Assembly (NCBI GenBank): GCA_945903605.1
Contig: CAMDOH010000001.1
Span: 46,301-110,300 of the forward strand
Source: Akkermansia muciniphila
GTDB lineage: Bacteria > Verrucomicrobiota > Verrucomicrobiia > Limisphaerales > UBA1100
Direction of reading: 5' to 3'
DNA: 64,000 nucleotides
The notes under the pieces were generated by a model that saw nothing but the letters and a program-made list of their open reading frames with translations, was not told the DNA's origin and ran no database searches. The translations under genes were made by a program, and so were the position numbers. Positions 17,765-28,966 of the stretch are shown in pieces. Position 1 is the first letter of the stretch; the number at the start of each line of letters is the position of its first letter.

Positions 17765-18976
17765 ATGAAAATTCTCATCCATCGTGGTGGTCAGCAATTC
17801 GGTCCGTATTCCCTCGATGAGGTTCGCAGTTATCTCGCAGCAGGACAGCTTCAGCCTGCTGATTCTGCATGGCACGAAGGTTTGCCAGACTGGATTCCGC
17901 TGGATCAAATCGCAGGTGTCGCTGGCGCGCCACCGCCGCCTCCACCACCACCGGCCAATTTGTCGCTCCCGCCCGATTCACAGAGCGAATCGAAATACGC
18001 CACCAAGAAATGTCCGCGTTGCCAGCAGATTGTAGATGCCGACGCCATCTTGTGCACCCATTGCGGCACGCACATGGCAAAGGCACAGCAAGATCGAATT
18101 GTTGCCCAACGCAACCTCGAGCCAATCGATGAAGAGACCGCCAAAGACCAGTTCATGATGAGCCTCGGCGCGCTGCTGCTCTTCGGTTGTCTGGTGCCGA
18201 TTTACAATGGGATCAATTGGGATTGGTATCCCAATTTTCATTTTAAAGGAGCGAAGTGGCAATCTGTGTTCATGGGAGTTTGGCCCGGATTAGTCGGTAT
18301 TTTTCTCCTCAGCTCTTGCCAATCGATTCGAGCGCCTGTTCGCAGCGGAATTTTACTTGGAGTCGGTGCACTGTGGTTCATCGTGAATCTGACAGGGAAT
18401 ACCGATGCTGCCGTTGCGGGATTATCGCCGTTGTCGATTATGGCCGGTTCCAATTTGTCCGGCTTTTGCATGGGAGTGGGATGGGTGTGTCTGATTTTCG
18501 GTGCGGGGACGCGCTACTTTCTGCCCGCGAGCAAGCCCGCTTGTATTCTGGCGATGGTCGGTGGTGGGCTCATTGTCTTGGCGTGGGTGTTGCCGCAAAA
18601 TGGAAAGGTTCCGCTGGGCGAAGTTTTCAGTTCGTTCAAAGTGTTAAAAAACGTGGGTGATAATTGGCGGGTATTGTTCATCCCACTCATAGCGGTGACG
18701 AGTGTTGGAATGCAAATCGGTGCGGCGACCTTGTGTTTTGTTAACACACCCAGTCGCGCGCTGGGAATCATCACAGGCCACTCCGCGTTGGCGGTGAAGC
18801 TGCTCATCGGCAACGTGGCAGTTCTGCTTGTGCTGTCTGGATTTGCAGGAGCTGATTTATCCGCAAAGTCCATTTACGGATTGTTGATTTTGGCGAAAGG
18901 AGCAGCGCTGTCTGGACTGACTTTATTATTGCCTTTGGGTGCGATTGACTTGATGGTTGGCAACGCGAGGAGGTAG
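17765..18976 (+). CDS. GYF_2 (DUF4339) domain / zinc-ribbon / polytopic membrane protein
   Basis: N-terminal MKILIHRGGQQFGPYSLDEVRSYLAAGQLQPADSAWHEGLPDWIPLDQI, then a P8 linker, CPRCQ...CTHCG, and about 8 predicted TM helices. Confidence 0.8.
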   Translation: MKILIHRGGQQFGPYSLDEVRSYLAAGQLQPADSAWHEGLPDWIPLDQIAGVAGAPPPPPPPPANLSLPPDSQSESKYATKKCPRCQQIVDADAILCTHCGTHMAKAQQDRIVAQRNLEPIDEETAKDQFMMSLGALLLFGCLVPIYNGINWDWYPNFHFKGAKWQSVFMGVWPGLVGIFLLSSCQSIRAPVRSGILLGVGALWFIVNLTGNTDAAVAGLSPLSIMAGSNLSGFCMGVGWVCLIFGAGTRYFLPASKPACILAMVGGGLIVLAWVLPQNGKVPLGEVFSSFKVLKNVGDNWRVLFIPLIAVTSVGMQIGAATLCFVNTPSRALGIITGHSALAVKLLIGNVAVLLVLSGFAGADLSAKSIYGLLILAKGAALSGLTLLLPLGAIDLMVGNARR

Positions 18977-19000
18977 TTTTTAGTCAACTTCAATCCACCT

Positions 19001-20014
19001 ATGCAAATTCACATCAACAGGGCTGGACAAGCATACGGCCCCTACGAATTCGACTCGGTAAAGGACTACTTCGCCAAGGGGCAATTGTTACCGGATGACA
19101 TGGCTTGGCATGAAGGCTTGGCCGAGTGGATTCCATTGAAGAATTTAATTGATGGCGCGCAAGCGGCACCGGAGCCAGTGGCCGCGCCAGTCGGTAACTC
19201 CTGTCCAAAATGTCAGGCAGCCATCGAGCCGGATCAAGTCGTCTGCATGGGCTGTGGCAATATCTTATCTGGTGCGGCTCCAGCCAAAACTGGTTATTCG
19301 CCCGCGTCACCCGGTGGCAAGTTGCCAATCGTTGGTTGCATCAAACGGGGTTGGCAAGTGCTTCGTGGATCCATGGGCAGCATGATTTTGTTTACAGTTA
19401 TAGGTTACTTGATCGTGGCAATCGGTTGCGTAATCCCGTTGGTGAATTTACTCGCATCGGGTCCTCTAATGGCGGGATTCATTTACTTCTTCATCCTGAA
19501 AGTACGAGGCGAAGAAGCAGAGATAGGCGTGATCTTTTCAGGGTTCAAAAGAAATTTTGTCCAATTGATGCTGGCAGGAATTGTTCCGGGACTTTTGATC
19601 GGAGCGATTGCCATTCCCGGTATGGCCGTTTTATTTGGGACACTCATTGGAGGAATCGGGATTCCTGCAATCGAAGCTTTAGCTCAAGGCACAATACCCA
19701 GCATCAGTTGGCTGTCCATCGTCGGCGTAGTTGTGGGTTTTCTGCTCATCATCGTTCCCTGCTATTATTTTGGCCTATGCTGGATGTTCACGTTGCCGCT
19801 CACCATCGATCGGCAGATGGGTTTTTGGGATGCGATGAAAGCGAGCCGCGCTGCCGTTCGCGGCAACTGGTGGCGACTGTTGTTCTTCATGATCGTAATC
19901 GGAATTTTGGGTGAACTTGGTGTCATCGGGTTATGTATCGGTCTCTTCATCACCATCCCGTGGATGCTCACCTCAATGGCCTGCGCCTACGAACACCTCG
20001 CTGGCAACGGCTAA
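19001..20014 (+). CDS. GYF_2 (DUF4339) domain / zinc-ribbon / DUF975-like membrane protein
   Basis: N-terminal MQIHINRAGQAYGPYEFDSVKDYFAKGQLLPDDMAWHEGLAEWIPLKNLI, then CPKCQ...CMGCG, and a membrane domain with GPLMAGFIYFFILKVRGEEAEIGVIFSGFKRNF. Confidence 0.8.
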   Translation: MQIHINRAGQAYGPYEFDSVKDYFAKGQLLPDDMAWHEGLAEWIPLKNLIDGAQAAPEPVAAPVGNSCPKCQAAIEPDQVVCMGCGNILSGAAPAKTGYSPASPGGKLPIVGCIKRGWQVLRGSMGSMILFTVIGYLIVAIGCVIPLVNLLASGPLMAGFIYFFILKVRGEEAEIGVIFSGFKRNFVQLMLAGIVPGLLIGAIAIPGMAVLFGTLIGGIGIPAIEALAQGTIPSISWLSIVGVVVGFLLIIVPCYYFGLCWMFTLPLTIDRQMGFWDAMKASRAAVRGNWWRLLFFMIVIGILGELGVIGLCIGLFITIPWMLTSMACAYEHLAGNG

Positions 20015-20048
20015 TCACGCGACTTCAGCAGATTCAGAATCGACAAGC

Positions 20049-20717
20049 GTGTCCAATACTCCAGCAGCCTTTGTGCAAAAACTCAAACTTCTGGAATCAC
20101 TCTACTCAGCCGTCATTGCCGACGTGCTCGATCAGTTGGGTTATCGCTGGCAGACCATCGGCAGCGAAGTTCATCCGCTCAACTCAACTCAGAAAGTGTG
20201 CGGCCGCATCTTCACCGCACGAGCGCAAATCGTCGACCACGTACCAGCCGAGCCCTACAAACTTGAACTCGAAGCGATAGACACGATGCTCGCCGGCGAC
20301 GTGTTTTTGGTGGATGCCGCCGCCGATCGTTCCTGCGCATTTTGGGGAGAACTGCTCACCACCGCCTGCATGGCCAAAGGAGTTCGCGGCGTAGTGATGA
20401 CCGCCTGCACACGCGATCATTGGAACCTGTGCAATCTCGATTTTCCCGTGTTCGGGCTGGGCTATCATCCTGCCGATAGCAAAGGCCGCCTCGATGTCGT
20501 CTCCATCGGTGAGCCAATCCAATTTGCCGGAGTCACCGCGCATTCTGGCGATTATTTGATCGGCGATGTCGATGGCATCGTGATCATTCCCGCCGCCGTT
20601 TTGGACGAGGTGTTGCGCCTCGCAAACGAAAAAGTCACCGGCGAAAATACCGTGCGCGAGGAATTGGCGCGTGGCATTCCTGCCCGCGAAGTGTTCGCCA
20701 AACACGGCATCCTATGA
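20049..20717 (+). CDS. RraA-family protein (RraA-like aldolase/decarboxylase fold)
   Basis: LYSAVIADVLDQLGY...KVCGRIFTARAQ...FWGELLTTACMAKGVRGVVMTACTRD. No in-frame ATG is available, so GTG 20049 is proposed. The track start at 19911 overlaps the preceding gene by 104 nt. Confidence 0.75.
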   Translation: MSNTPAAFVQKLKLLESLYSAVIADVLDQLGYRWQTIGSEVHPLNSTQKVCGRIFTARAQIVDHVPAEPYKLELEAIDTMLAGDVFLVDAAADRSCAFWGELLTTACMAKGVRGVVMTACTRDHWNLCNLDFPVFGLGYHPADSKGRLDVVSIGEPIQFAGVTAHSGDYLIGDVDGIVIIPAAVLDEVLRLANEKVTGENTVREELARGIPAREVFAKHGIL

Positions 20718-22195
20718 AACACCGCGTCCTGTTCGCCGGTCTGTTTCACGAGACGCACACTTTCGTGGAGGGCCGGACGAAGCTGGACGATTTTCAGATT
20801 CGACGTGGCAGCCAGATGTTGACTTGCATCGGCGATGCCTCGCCGCTCGGCAGCGCCCTGAAACTGGCTGCAGAACTCGGTTGGGAAGTCCTTCCCACGG
20901 TCGATTACCGCGCTGTTCCCAGCGCCACTGTGGACGCAGCAGTCTACGAACAATTCCTCGCCGATTTTTCAATGGCCGCATTGCCCGAACTCGCGCGCGG
21001 TGTGGACGCCATCTTCCTGATTCTGCACGGCGCGATGGTCACCGACCGCGATTGCGATGTGGAGGGAAGCTTCCTCTCGTGGTTACGCAAGCTGCCCGGC
21101 GCAGCCGAATTGCCCATCTTTGGCGTGTACGATTTGCACGCGAACTTCTCAGCGCGAATGGCAGCAGGTGCGGACTGCCTCATCGCCTATCGCGAAAATC
21201 CGCATAGCGACGCCGCCCAGTCCGCCTGTCGTTCAGCGCGACTGCTCGATCGCTGCCTGCTCTCGGGCGTTCGACCTCAAATGGCTTTTCGTTCCGTGCC
21301 GTTGCTGCTGGCCCCGACAGCGACGGGAACCGTTGATGAACCCATGCGCAGTCTTGAGGGACTGGCTCGGCAACTGGAGCAGCAAGCTGATTTCTGGGCG
21401 GTGAATGTTGCTGCCGGATTTGCATTTGCCGACGCGCCCGATACGCGAATGAGTTTCCAAGTCGTCACAACGGGGACGAATGAAAATGCTGAGGCTGCCT
21501 TGGATCAACTCGTTGCGCACGCATGGGAATTACGCGATCACGCCGGACACGCCGAAGAATCCGTTGAGGCCGTGCTTGAACGGATTCAAGGGTTGAGTGG
21601 ACTTTCGGTGATTGTCGAGCCGTCGGACAACATTGGCGGTGGCGCGCCCGGCGATGGCACTGCGCTATTGCGCGCTTTCATCACCCATTCGATTCCCGAT
21701 TGCGCAGTGGCCATCAACGATCCCGAAGCCGTCGCTCATCTGCAGGGGATTTCCATCGGCGACAGCATCGAGTTGGATGTGGGCGGCAAGGGGAGCCGTA
21801 TGGATGCTGGCCCAGTGCATTTGCGGGCGACATTGATTTCGCGTAGTGATGGCCGGTTCCTTTTGGAGGATCGGCAGAGTCATTTGGCATCCATGTGCGG
21901 AGACGCATTTGAGATGGGGCCGAGTGCTGTGGTGCGCAGCGGTGGCGTGACGCTGTTGCTCACCAGTAAAAAAACGGCACCGATGGATCTCGGGCAATGG
22001 CGAAGTCAGGGGATTGATCCGGAGAATCTTTCGGTGATTGGCGTGAAGGCGGCAGTGGCGCATCGACGCGCTTACGATCCAATCGCCGCACGAATGTTGT
22101 GGGTGAACACGCCCGGGCCGTGCAGCAGCGACTTGAAATCGTTTCCTTATCGCAAACTCAGCAGGCCGATTTATCCGCTGGATCGGATGCCGTAA
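20714..22195 (+). CDS. M81-family metallopeptidase (MlrC/microcystinase-C-like)
   Basis: MKHRVLFAGLFHETHTFV N-terminus (MlrC_N/DUF1485) and a length of about 490 aa. ATGA overlap with the RraA-like gene. Confidence 0.8.
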   Translation: MKHRVLFAGLFHETHTFVEGRTKLDDFQIRRGSQMLTCIGDASPLGSALKLAAELGWEVLPTVDYRAVPSATVDAAVYEQFLADFSMAALPELARGVDAIFLILHGAMVTDRDCDVEGSFLSWLRKLPGAAELPIFGVYDLHANFSARMAAGADCLIAYRENPHSDAAQSACRSARLLDRCLLSGVRPQMAFRSVPLLLAPTATGTVDEPMRSLEGLARQLEQQADFWAVNVAAGFAFADAPDTRMSFQVVTTGTNENAEAALDQLVAHAWELRDHAGHAEESVEAVLERIQGLSGLSVIVEPSDNIGGGAPGDGTALLRAFITHSIPDCAVAINDPEAVAHLQGISIGDSIELDVGGKGSRMDAGPVHLRATLISRSDGRFLLEDRQSHLASMCGDAFEMGPSAVVRSGGVTLLLTSKKTAPMDLGQWRSQGIDPENLSVIGVKAAVAHRRAYDPIAARMLWVNTPGPCSSDLKSFPYRKLSRPIYPLDRMP

Positions 22196-22197
22196 AT

Positions 22198-23985
<1,788 letters not shown>

Positions 23986-24094
23986 TTTCGACACGGCCAA
24001 TGTTAACAGAAAACAAAAGATGACAACAGCGATTTGGAGTTTCTTGCATCGCGGGCTTGCATTTTCTTCGCATTGCAAATCAATTACTCAGTCT

Positions 24095-24370
24095 ATGGAA
24101 GATCCGTTGCTCAAGGCGCTGGCTGAACAAAACAATGATCTGGTGGCAGCGCTGAAGTCTGTCGCCAACAACAAAGCTCGCGTTGTCATCGACAAGCAGA
24201 ATCGCGTCATCGGCCTGAACCTCGTCGCTTGTGGAATTGGAGATGGATCAGTGCCGCATTTGGCCACGCTCAAGAATCTTCGCTGGGTGGGACTGGCAAA
24301 AAACAGCATCACTCCGGGAGCCATCTCACAGCTCAAACTCGACTTGCCTGCGTGTACCGTTTTGGAGTGA
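24095..24370 (+). CDS. small leucine-rich-repeat-like protein (hypothetical)
   Basis: 92 aa from ATG 24095. IGLNLVACGIGDGSVPHLATLKNLRWVGLAKNSITPGAISQLKLDLPACTV resembles LRR caps. Weak call. Confidence 0.4.
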   Translation: MEDPLLKALAEQNNDLVAALKSVANNKARVVIDKQNRVIGLNLVACGIGDGSVPHLATLKNLRWVGLAKNSITPGAISQLKLDLPACTVLE

Positions 24371-24377
24371 GTCGCAA

Positions 24378-25754
24378 CTAACCAAACAGTTCCTTCATCA
24401 CGATGCCTCGCGGAACCAGCGGATGCGGGCGCCCGAGTGTGTCATGAATATCCATCTGCGGATCGACACCGAGCAAGTGATAGAGCGTGGCGATGATGTC
24501 ACCGGGTGCGACGGGCTGATCGGCAGGAACCGATCCCGTGCGATCGCTCGAACCATAAATCAGACCGCCTCGGATTCCGCCACCGGCAAGCATGATCGAG
24601 TAGCACGAGTTCCAGTGATCACGTCCAGCACCGGCATTGATGCGCGGTGTGCGCCCGAAATCTCCCAGCACAGCCACGAGGGTTCGATCGAGCATCCCAC
24701 GTTCAGCCAGTTCACTGATGAGGCTGGAGGCAGCGGAATCGAATTGCGGGAGCAACGTGTTTTTGAGTTTATTGAAATTGTCGCCGTGAGTGTCCCAAGT
24801 CGCATTCGCGTCCGGCGCCCAAGACATCGTGACGACCCGTGTGCCTGCCTCGATCAGTCGACGTGCCAGCAGCACGCTCTGCCCGTAGATGTTTCGCCCG
24901 TAGGCATCGCGCACTTTCACAGGCTCCAATTCGATTTGAAAAGCGCGTTGAGCGGCATCCGAAGTGAGCATGTCCGTGGCTCGCCGCTGAAAGTCGTTCA
25001 TCACATCATACGCGGTGCAGCTCCGACCTTGTTGCATGAAAAATGATTTGTCCAAATTGGCCAGCAGCCCGTTGCGGCTGGCCATTCGTGAAGCCGAAAC
25101 GTCCTCGGGCAAGGATAGATTCCGTATGCGGAAACCCGGCGCGTTCGCATCCTCCACCACCCAGAATGGATCGTGATTGGCGCCGATGATCCCACCGAGG
25201 AACCCCGGTTGTAATGGGCCGCCTGCGCCTTCCTTCGTCATGTACGGCAGTGCGACGTAGGGAAATGCAGTGCGAACTCCCGGTCTTAATTTTGCCAGCA
25301 CCGCGCCGATGTTCGGATGATCCTCGGGCTTCGCTCCTCCGCCGAGTTCGCCACGGTCGTGTCCCGTCAACGCCGCATAAACGGCTGCCGCGTGCGAATT
25401 GTTGACGCTGTGGTGCATCGATCGAACGAGCGTGCACCGGTGCATTTGCTTGGCTAGTCGAGGGAGGTGCTCGCTCAAGTGCAAGCCCGGCACCGTGGTG
25501 GAAATGGAAGCGAATGGGCTACGGATCTCCGACGGCGCATCGGGTTTCATATCCCACATGTCCAAATGGCTCGGGCCACCGTTGAGAAAAATGACGATGC
25601 ACGAGTCCGCGCGCGATGCGATGCCAGTTGCCTTCGCAGCCAAAAGATTCTGAAGAGTCAGGCCAAGTCCACCGAGCGCGCCGACGCGCAGGAATTCGCG
25701 CCTGCCAAACTGATGAGGCACTGGCTGGAGGGATTTCTGGGTTGCTGCCGCCAT
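24378..25754 (-). CDS. DUF1501-domain (sulfatase-fold) protein with Tat signal
   Basis: RREFLRVGALGGLGL twin-arginine signal, ...GGPSHLDMWDMKP..., and a C-terminal GRDHW motif. ATG 25754 is preferred. Confidence 0.9.
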   Translation of the reverse strand: MAAATQKSLQPVPHQFGRREFLRVGALGGLGLTLQNLLAAKATGIASRADSCIVIFLNGGPSHLDMWDMKPDAPSEIRSPFASISTTVPGLHLSEHLPRLAKQMHRCTLVRSMHHSVNNSHAAAVYAALTGHDRGELGGGAKPEDHPNIGAVLAKLRPGVRTAFPYVALPYMTKEGAGGPLQPGFLGGIIGANHDPFWVVEDANAPGFRIRNLSLPEDVSASRMASRNGLLANLDKSFFMQQGRSCTAYDVMNDFQRRATDMLTSDAAQRAFQIELEPVKVRDAYGRNIYGQSVLLARRLIEAGTRVVTMSWAPDANATWDTHGDNFNKLKNTLLPQFDSAASSLISELAERGMLDRTLVAVLGDFGRTPRINAGAGRDHWNSCYSIMLAGGGIRGGLIYGSSDRTGSVPADQPVAPGDIIATLYHLLGVDPQMDIHDTLGRPHPLVPRGIVMKELFG

Positions 25755-25890
25755 TGTGATTGTTGGACTTTTTACGGCCACCCGATATTCGGTCTGACCT
25801 CACGCAGGGTCAACGATAGAATCCCGAATCACTTTTCAATCCAGTGGACTTTGATTGATTCTGCGTCAGACGTCCGTCACATTGCCCGCG

Positions 25891-26658
25891 ATGTTCAGCC
25901 TCAAAGATAAAATCACACTCGTCACAGGTGCAGGTTCAGGGATCGGCGCAGCGGTGGCAGAAGTCTTTTCCAAGGCGGGCGGATTCGTGTTCCTGACCGA
26001 CCGCGATGAGAAAACCGGCCGTGAGACAACCGCGCAGATCACAGGGCAGGGTGGGAAAGCCGAATTTCTTTCACTCGATGTGACGAACGAGGCGGATTGC
26101 GAACGCATTGCCAAAACGGTTCTCGACCGGTTTTCGCGGCTCGATGTGCTGGTGAATAATGCCGGCATCGGCCATGTGGGCACGATGTTGACGACGACCG
26201 GCGCCGACCTCGATCGGCTTTATTCGGTGAACGTGCGCGGGATGTTTAACATGTCCAAACTGTTTCTTCCCGGGATGGTCGCGCGTAAAATCGGTTCAAT
26301 CGTCAACATGGCTTCCATCGGTGGAGTGGTCGCGGTGAAAGATCGGCTGGCTTATTGCACTTCGAAATTCGCGGTGGTTGGGATGACCAAGGCACTTGCG
26401 CTGGATCATGCCCGCGATGGCGTGCGCGTGAATTGCATTTGTCCAGGGCGGGTTGAAACTCCATTCGTCACAAATTGGATCAAGCAATATTCCGATCCGG
26501 AAGCGGCTTACCGCATGGCTTGTGACACGCAGGCGGTCGGGCGAATGGCTCGACCCGATGAAATTGCCTACGCCGCATTGTATCTCGCTTCAGACGAATC
26601 GTCGTTCATGACGGGCAGCGAATTCAAAATCGACGGCGGCTTTAGCGTCGGCAAATGA
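25891..26658 (+). CDS. SDR-family oxidoreductase
   Basis: KITLVTGAGSGIGAAV, NNAGI, YCTSK motifs. ATG at 25891. Confidence 0.9.
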   Translation: MFSLKDKITLVTGAGSGIGAAVAEVFSKAGGFVFLTDRDEKTGRETTAQITGQGGKAEFLSLDVTNEADCERIAKTVLDRFSRLDVLVNNAGIGHVGTMLTTTGADLDRLYSVNVRGMFNMSKLFLPGMVARKIGSIVNMASIGGVVAVKDRLAYCTSKFAVVGMTKALALDHARDGVRVNCICPGRVETPFVTNWIKQYSDPEAAYRMACDTQAVGRMARPDEIAYAALYLASDESSFMTGSEFKIDGGFSVGK

Positions 26659-26682
26659 TCCGTGCGGCTCGGACGCGCACGC

Positions 26683-28032
26683 TCAGGGGTTCACGTCTTT
26701 GTGCTCGGGCAGGACGAGCGCGACGAAGATGGCCGGGACAAACAGGCAGGCGGCAAAGAGCAGTGTTTTCTTAAAATCCCCGCCGGAGGCAAGCGAGCCT
26801 GAAACCACCACGCCGACTGCCGAGGCGATCCGCCCGATGTTGTAACAGAACCCCGCACCCGTCGTGCGCAGGAGTGTGGGAAAGAGTGGCGGCAGGTACA
26901 TTGTGAACAGTCCGAAGACGCCGGAGAAGAAACCCACCGCCGGGAACCACACATACACGAGCGATTCCCAACCGCGCGGTTGGATGAAGGTCGCGCCCAT
27001 CGTGATGAAAAAGCCGAGGTAACAAATGGCGATGGACCGCCGGTAACCGAGATGTCGTGCGAGGAAGGCCGCAGCAAAATTGCCGACGATGCTCGCGCAG
27101 ATGATGATGAAGAAGGCGAGGCTCACGATTTTCTGCTTGTAGCCCATCTCCCACTTGGCCGAATCCAGCGTCGTGACCACTTTTGCGAACTCAGCTTTTG
27201 CGGTGGCGGCGAGTTCGGGCATGTTCCGCAGATGCTGCGCGTGCCAGAACATGAAGGCCCACCACGCCGTCAGTCCGCAGGCACAGACGATGATGGTGAG
27301 CAGTGTCGTGCGCCGCACCTCGCCGCGAAAGAGGTCGAGGATGCCCGGCTGATGGCCTTTGGATTTCTCCTTGGCGGCGTGCCATTCCTCCGGCTCCGGC
27401 ACATTGCGGCGAATCCAAAAGACCATCAGCGCTGGCAGAATGCCGACGAGGAAAACCCACTTCGGCGGCAGATCGGCCATGAGGAAAGTGGTGAGGCAGG
27501 CGAGCAGCACGCCGAGATTCACGCCCGTTTGCAACACGGCGGCAATCCACGGACGCCATTTCTTCGGCCAGGTTTCCGATAGCAGCGAGGAACCGACGGC
27601 CCATTCGCCGCCGATGCCCAGCGCGGCGAGAAAGCGGAAGATGAGCAACTGCCACCACGTCTCGGCGAAAAAGGAAAGCCCGGTGAAAGTCGCATAAGTG
27701 AGGATGGTGAGCGCGAGCGAACGGCTGCGGCCGAGGATGTCGCCGAGCCGGCCAAAGAACGCGCCGCCCAGCGCCCAGCCCACGAGGAACGCGGCCTGAA
27801 TGTAGCCGGATTTTTCTTTGACGAGTTCGTGCGCAGGCGTGGCGTCGGCAGGAATCAGCGCTTGGTTGATGAGCAGCGAAGCGACAAACGTGGAGGCGAC
27901 CAGCCCATAAAGATGCATGTCCAGCCCGTCGAAGAGCCATCCCAGCCACGCAGCGATGCCGCTTTTCCATTGGCGTGGGGAGAGTTCCCGCAGTGAATTG
28001 GCTTCGGGCGCGGCCGTTGATTTAGGCTCCAT
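26683..28032 (-). CDS. MFS transporter
   Basis: About 12 hydrophobic segments. GRLGDILGRSRS loop motif between TM2 and TM3. ATG 28032 is preferred over TTG 28080. Confidence 0.85.
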   Translation of the reverse strand: MEPKSTAAPEANSLRELSPRQWKSGIAAWLGWLFDGLDMHLYGLVASTFVASLLINQALIPADATPAHELVKEKSGYIQAAFLVGWALGGAFFGRLGDILGRSRSLALTILTYATFTGLSFFAETWWQLLIFRFLAALGIGGEWAVGSSLLSETWPKKWRPWIAAVLQTGVNLGVLLACLTTFLMADLPPKWVFLVGILPALMVFWIRRNVPEPEEWHAAKEKSKGHQPGILDLFRGEVRRTTLLTIIVCACGLTAWWAFMFWHAQHLRNMPELAATAKAEFAKVVTTLDSAKWEMGYKQKIVSLAFFIIICASIVGNFAAAFLARHLGYRRSIAICYLGFFITMGATFIQPRGWESLVYVWFPAVGFFSGVFGLFTMYLPPLFPTLLRTTGAGFCYNIGRIASAVGVVVSGSLASGGDFKKTLLFAACLFVPAIFVALVLPEHKDVNP

Positions 28033-28148
28033 GCGGTGAGAAATTTCGCGGAGCCTAGTGGGTAAGACAATGGAGTGCAACAGGGATTGAAGGCGCGAAA
28101 GATTTTGCCAAGGCGCGGGTGCTGCTCCATTCTCAGCCTGAAATCGCC

Positions 28149-28961
28149 ATGAATTTGCCGACTGTAAAATTAGACAACGGACTCCACGTGATGCACCTGT
28201 TCTACCGCGTCGACCGCGCGCGATGGAGCCAGCAGCCTGCCGGGGAATCCGAACGGACGCGTGTGCGCGTTGAATCGTTGATGGCCGCCAATGCAGCCGT
28301 TTCGCACCCGCTCATTCGCAGCTACGCCAATGTTGGGGGCAAGGCGGACTTCGCTTTTTTTCTGATCGCTGCTGAATTGGGTCAGCTCGGACAGATGCAC
28401 CGCGATCTTGAAAACTGTTTTCCGCCGGGAACGCTTGTGCCGGTGTATTCCTATTTGAGCGTCACTGAACTTTCCGAGTATATGTCGACCGACGCAGACA
28501 ATCTCAAAACGCTCGAAGATGAAAAGCTGCAGGCTGGGACGGAGGTTTATGAGAAGCGGCTGGCCGAGTTGAAGAAGCGCAAGGCCGACTACGAGCATTA
28601 CCGGCTTTATCCCGAATTGCAGGATTGGGAAGTGATGGGTTTTTATCCGATGAACAAAAAGCGCGATGGCGGCGACAACTGGTATACGCTGGACATGGCG
28701 ACGCGCAAAAAGTTGATGGGCGGCCACGCCCGGGTGGGTCGCAAGTACGGCGGCCGAATCTCGCAGCTCATCTCCGGTTCCACGGGCCTTGACGATTGGG
28801 AATGGGGCGTGACTTTGATGGCGCATCAAGTGGACGCGCTCAAAGAGATCGTTTACGAAATGCGCTTCGACGATGTGAGTGCGCGTTACGGCGAGTTCGG
28901 CGTGTTTTACATCAATCTCCGCCTGTCACCCGTGCAACTTTGGGAGCACTTGCGGCTCTGA
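28149..28961 (+). CDS. chlorite-dismutase-family protein (putative coproheme decarboxylase ChdC/HemQ-like)
   Basis: YPMNKKRDGGDNWYTLDMATRKKLMGGHARVGRKYGGRISQLISGSTGLDDWEWGVTL is typical of the Cld/HemQ family. Confidence 0.75.
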   Translation: MNLPTVKLDNGLHVMHLFYRVDRARWSQQPAGESERTRVRVESLMAANAAVSHPLIRSYANVGGKADFAFFLIAAELGQLGQMHRDLENCFPPGTLVPVYSYLSVTELSEYMSTDADNLKTLEDEKLQAGTEVYEKRLAELKKRKADYEHYRLYPELQDWEVMGFYPMNKKRDGGDNWYTLDMATRKKLMGGHARVGRKYGGRISQLISGSTGLDDWEWGVTLMAHQVDALKEIVYEMRFDDVSARYGEFGVFYINLRLSPVQLWEHLRL

Positions 28962-28966
28962 TCAGA

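Noticed and set aside
23986-24078. Hydrophobic N-terminal extension of the glnS ORF ([31 protein letters not shown]), which resembles a signal or TM segment.
   Set aside because: GlnRS is cytoplasmic, and the conserved N-terminus aligns from the ATG at 23985. The extension is simply open sequence upstream of the true start.
24378-25754. DUF1501 protein without its usual DUF1549/DUF1553 (PSCyt/PSD) partner.
   Set aside because: It is worth noting, but these families are highly multiplied in PVC genomes and orphans are plausible. Nothing in the sequence itself is unusual.
27191-27970. 259-aa minus-strand ORF inside the MFS transporter locus, and a similar case at 53718..54578 inside the MHS transporter.
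   Set aside because: These are alternative frames of the same strand as real 12-TM transporters. The products are Arg/Gly-rich with no hydrophobic segments.
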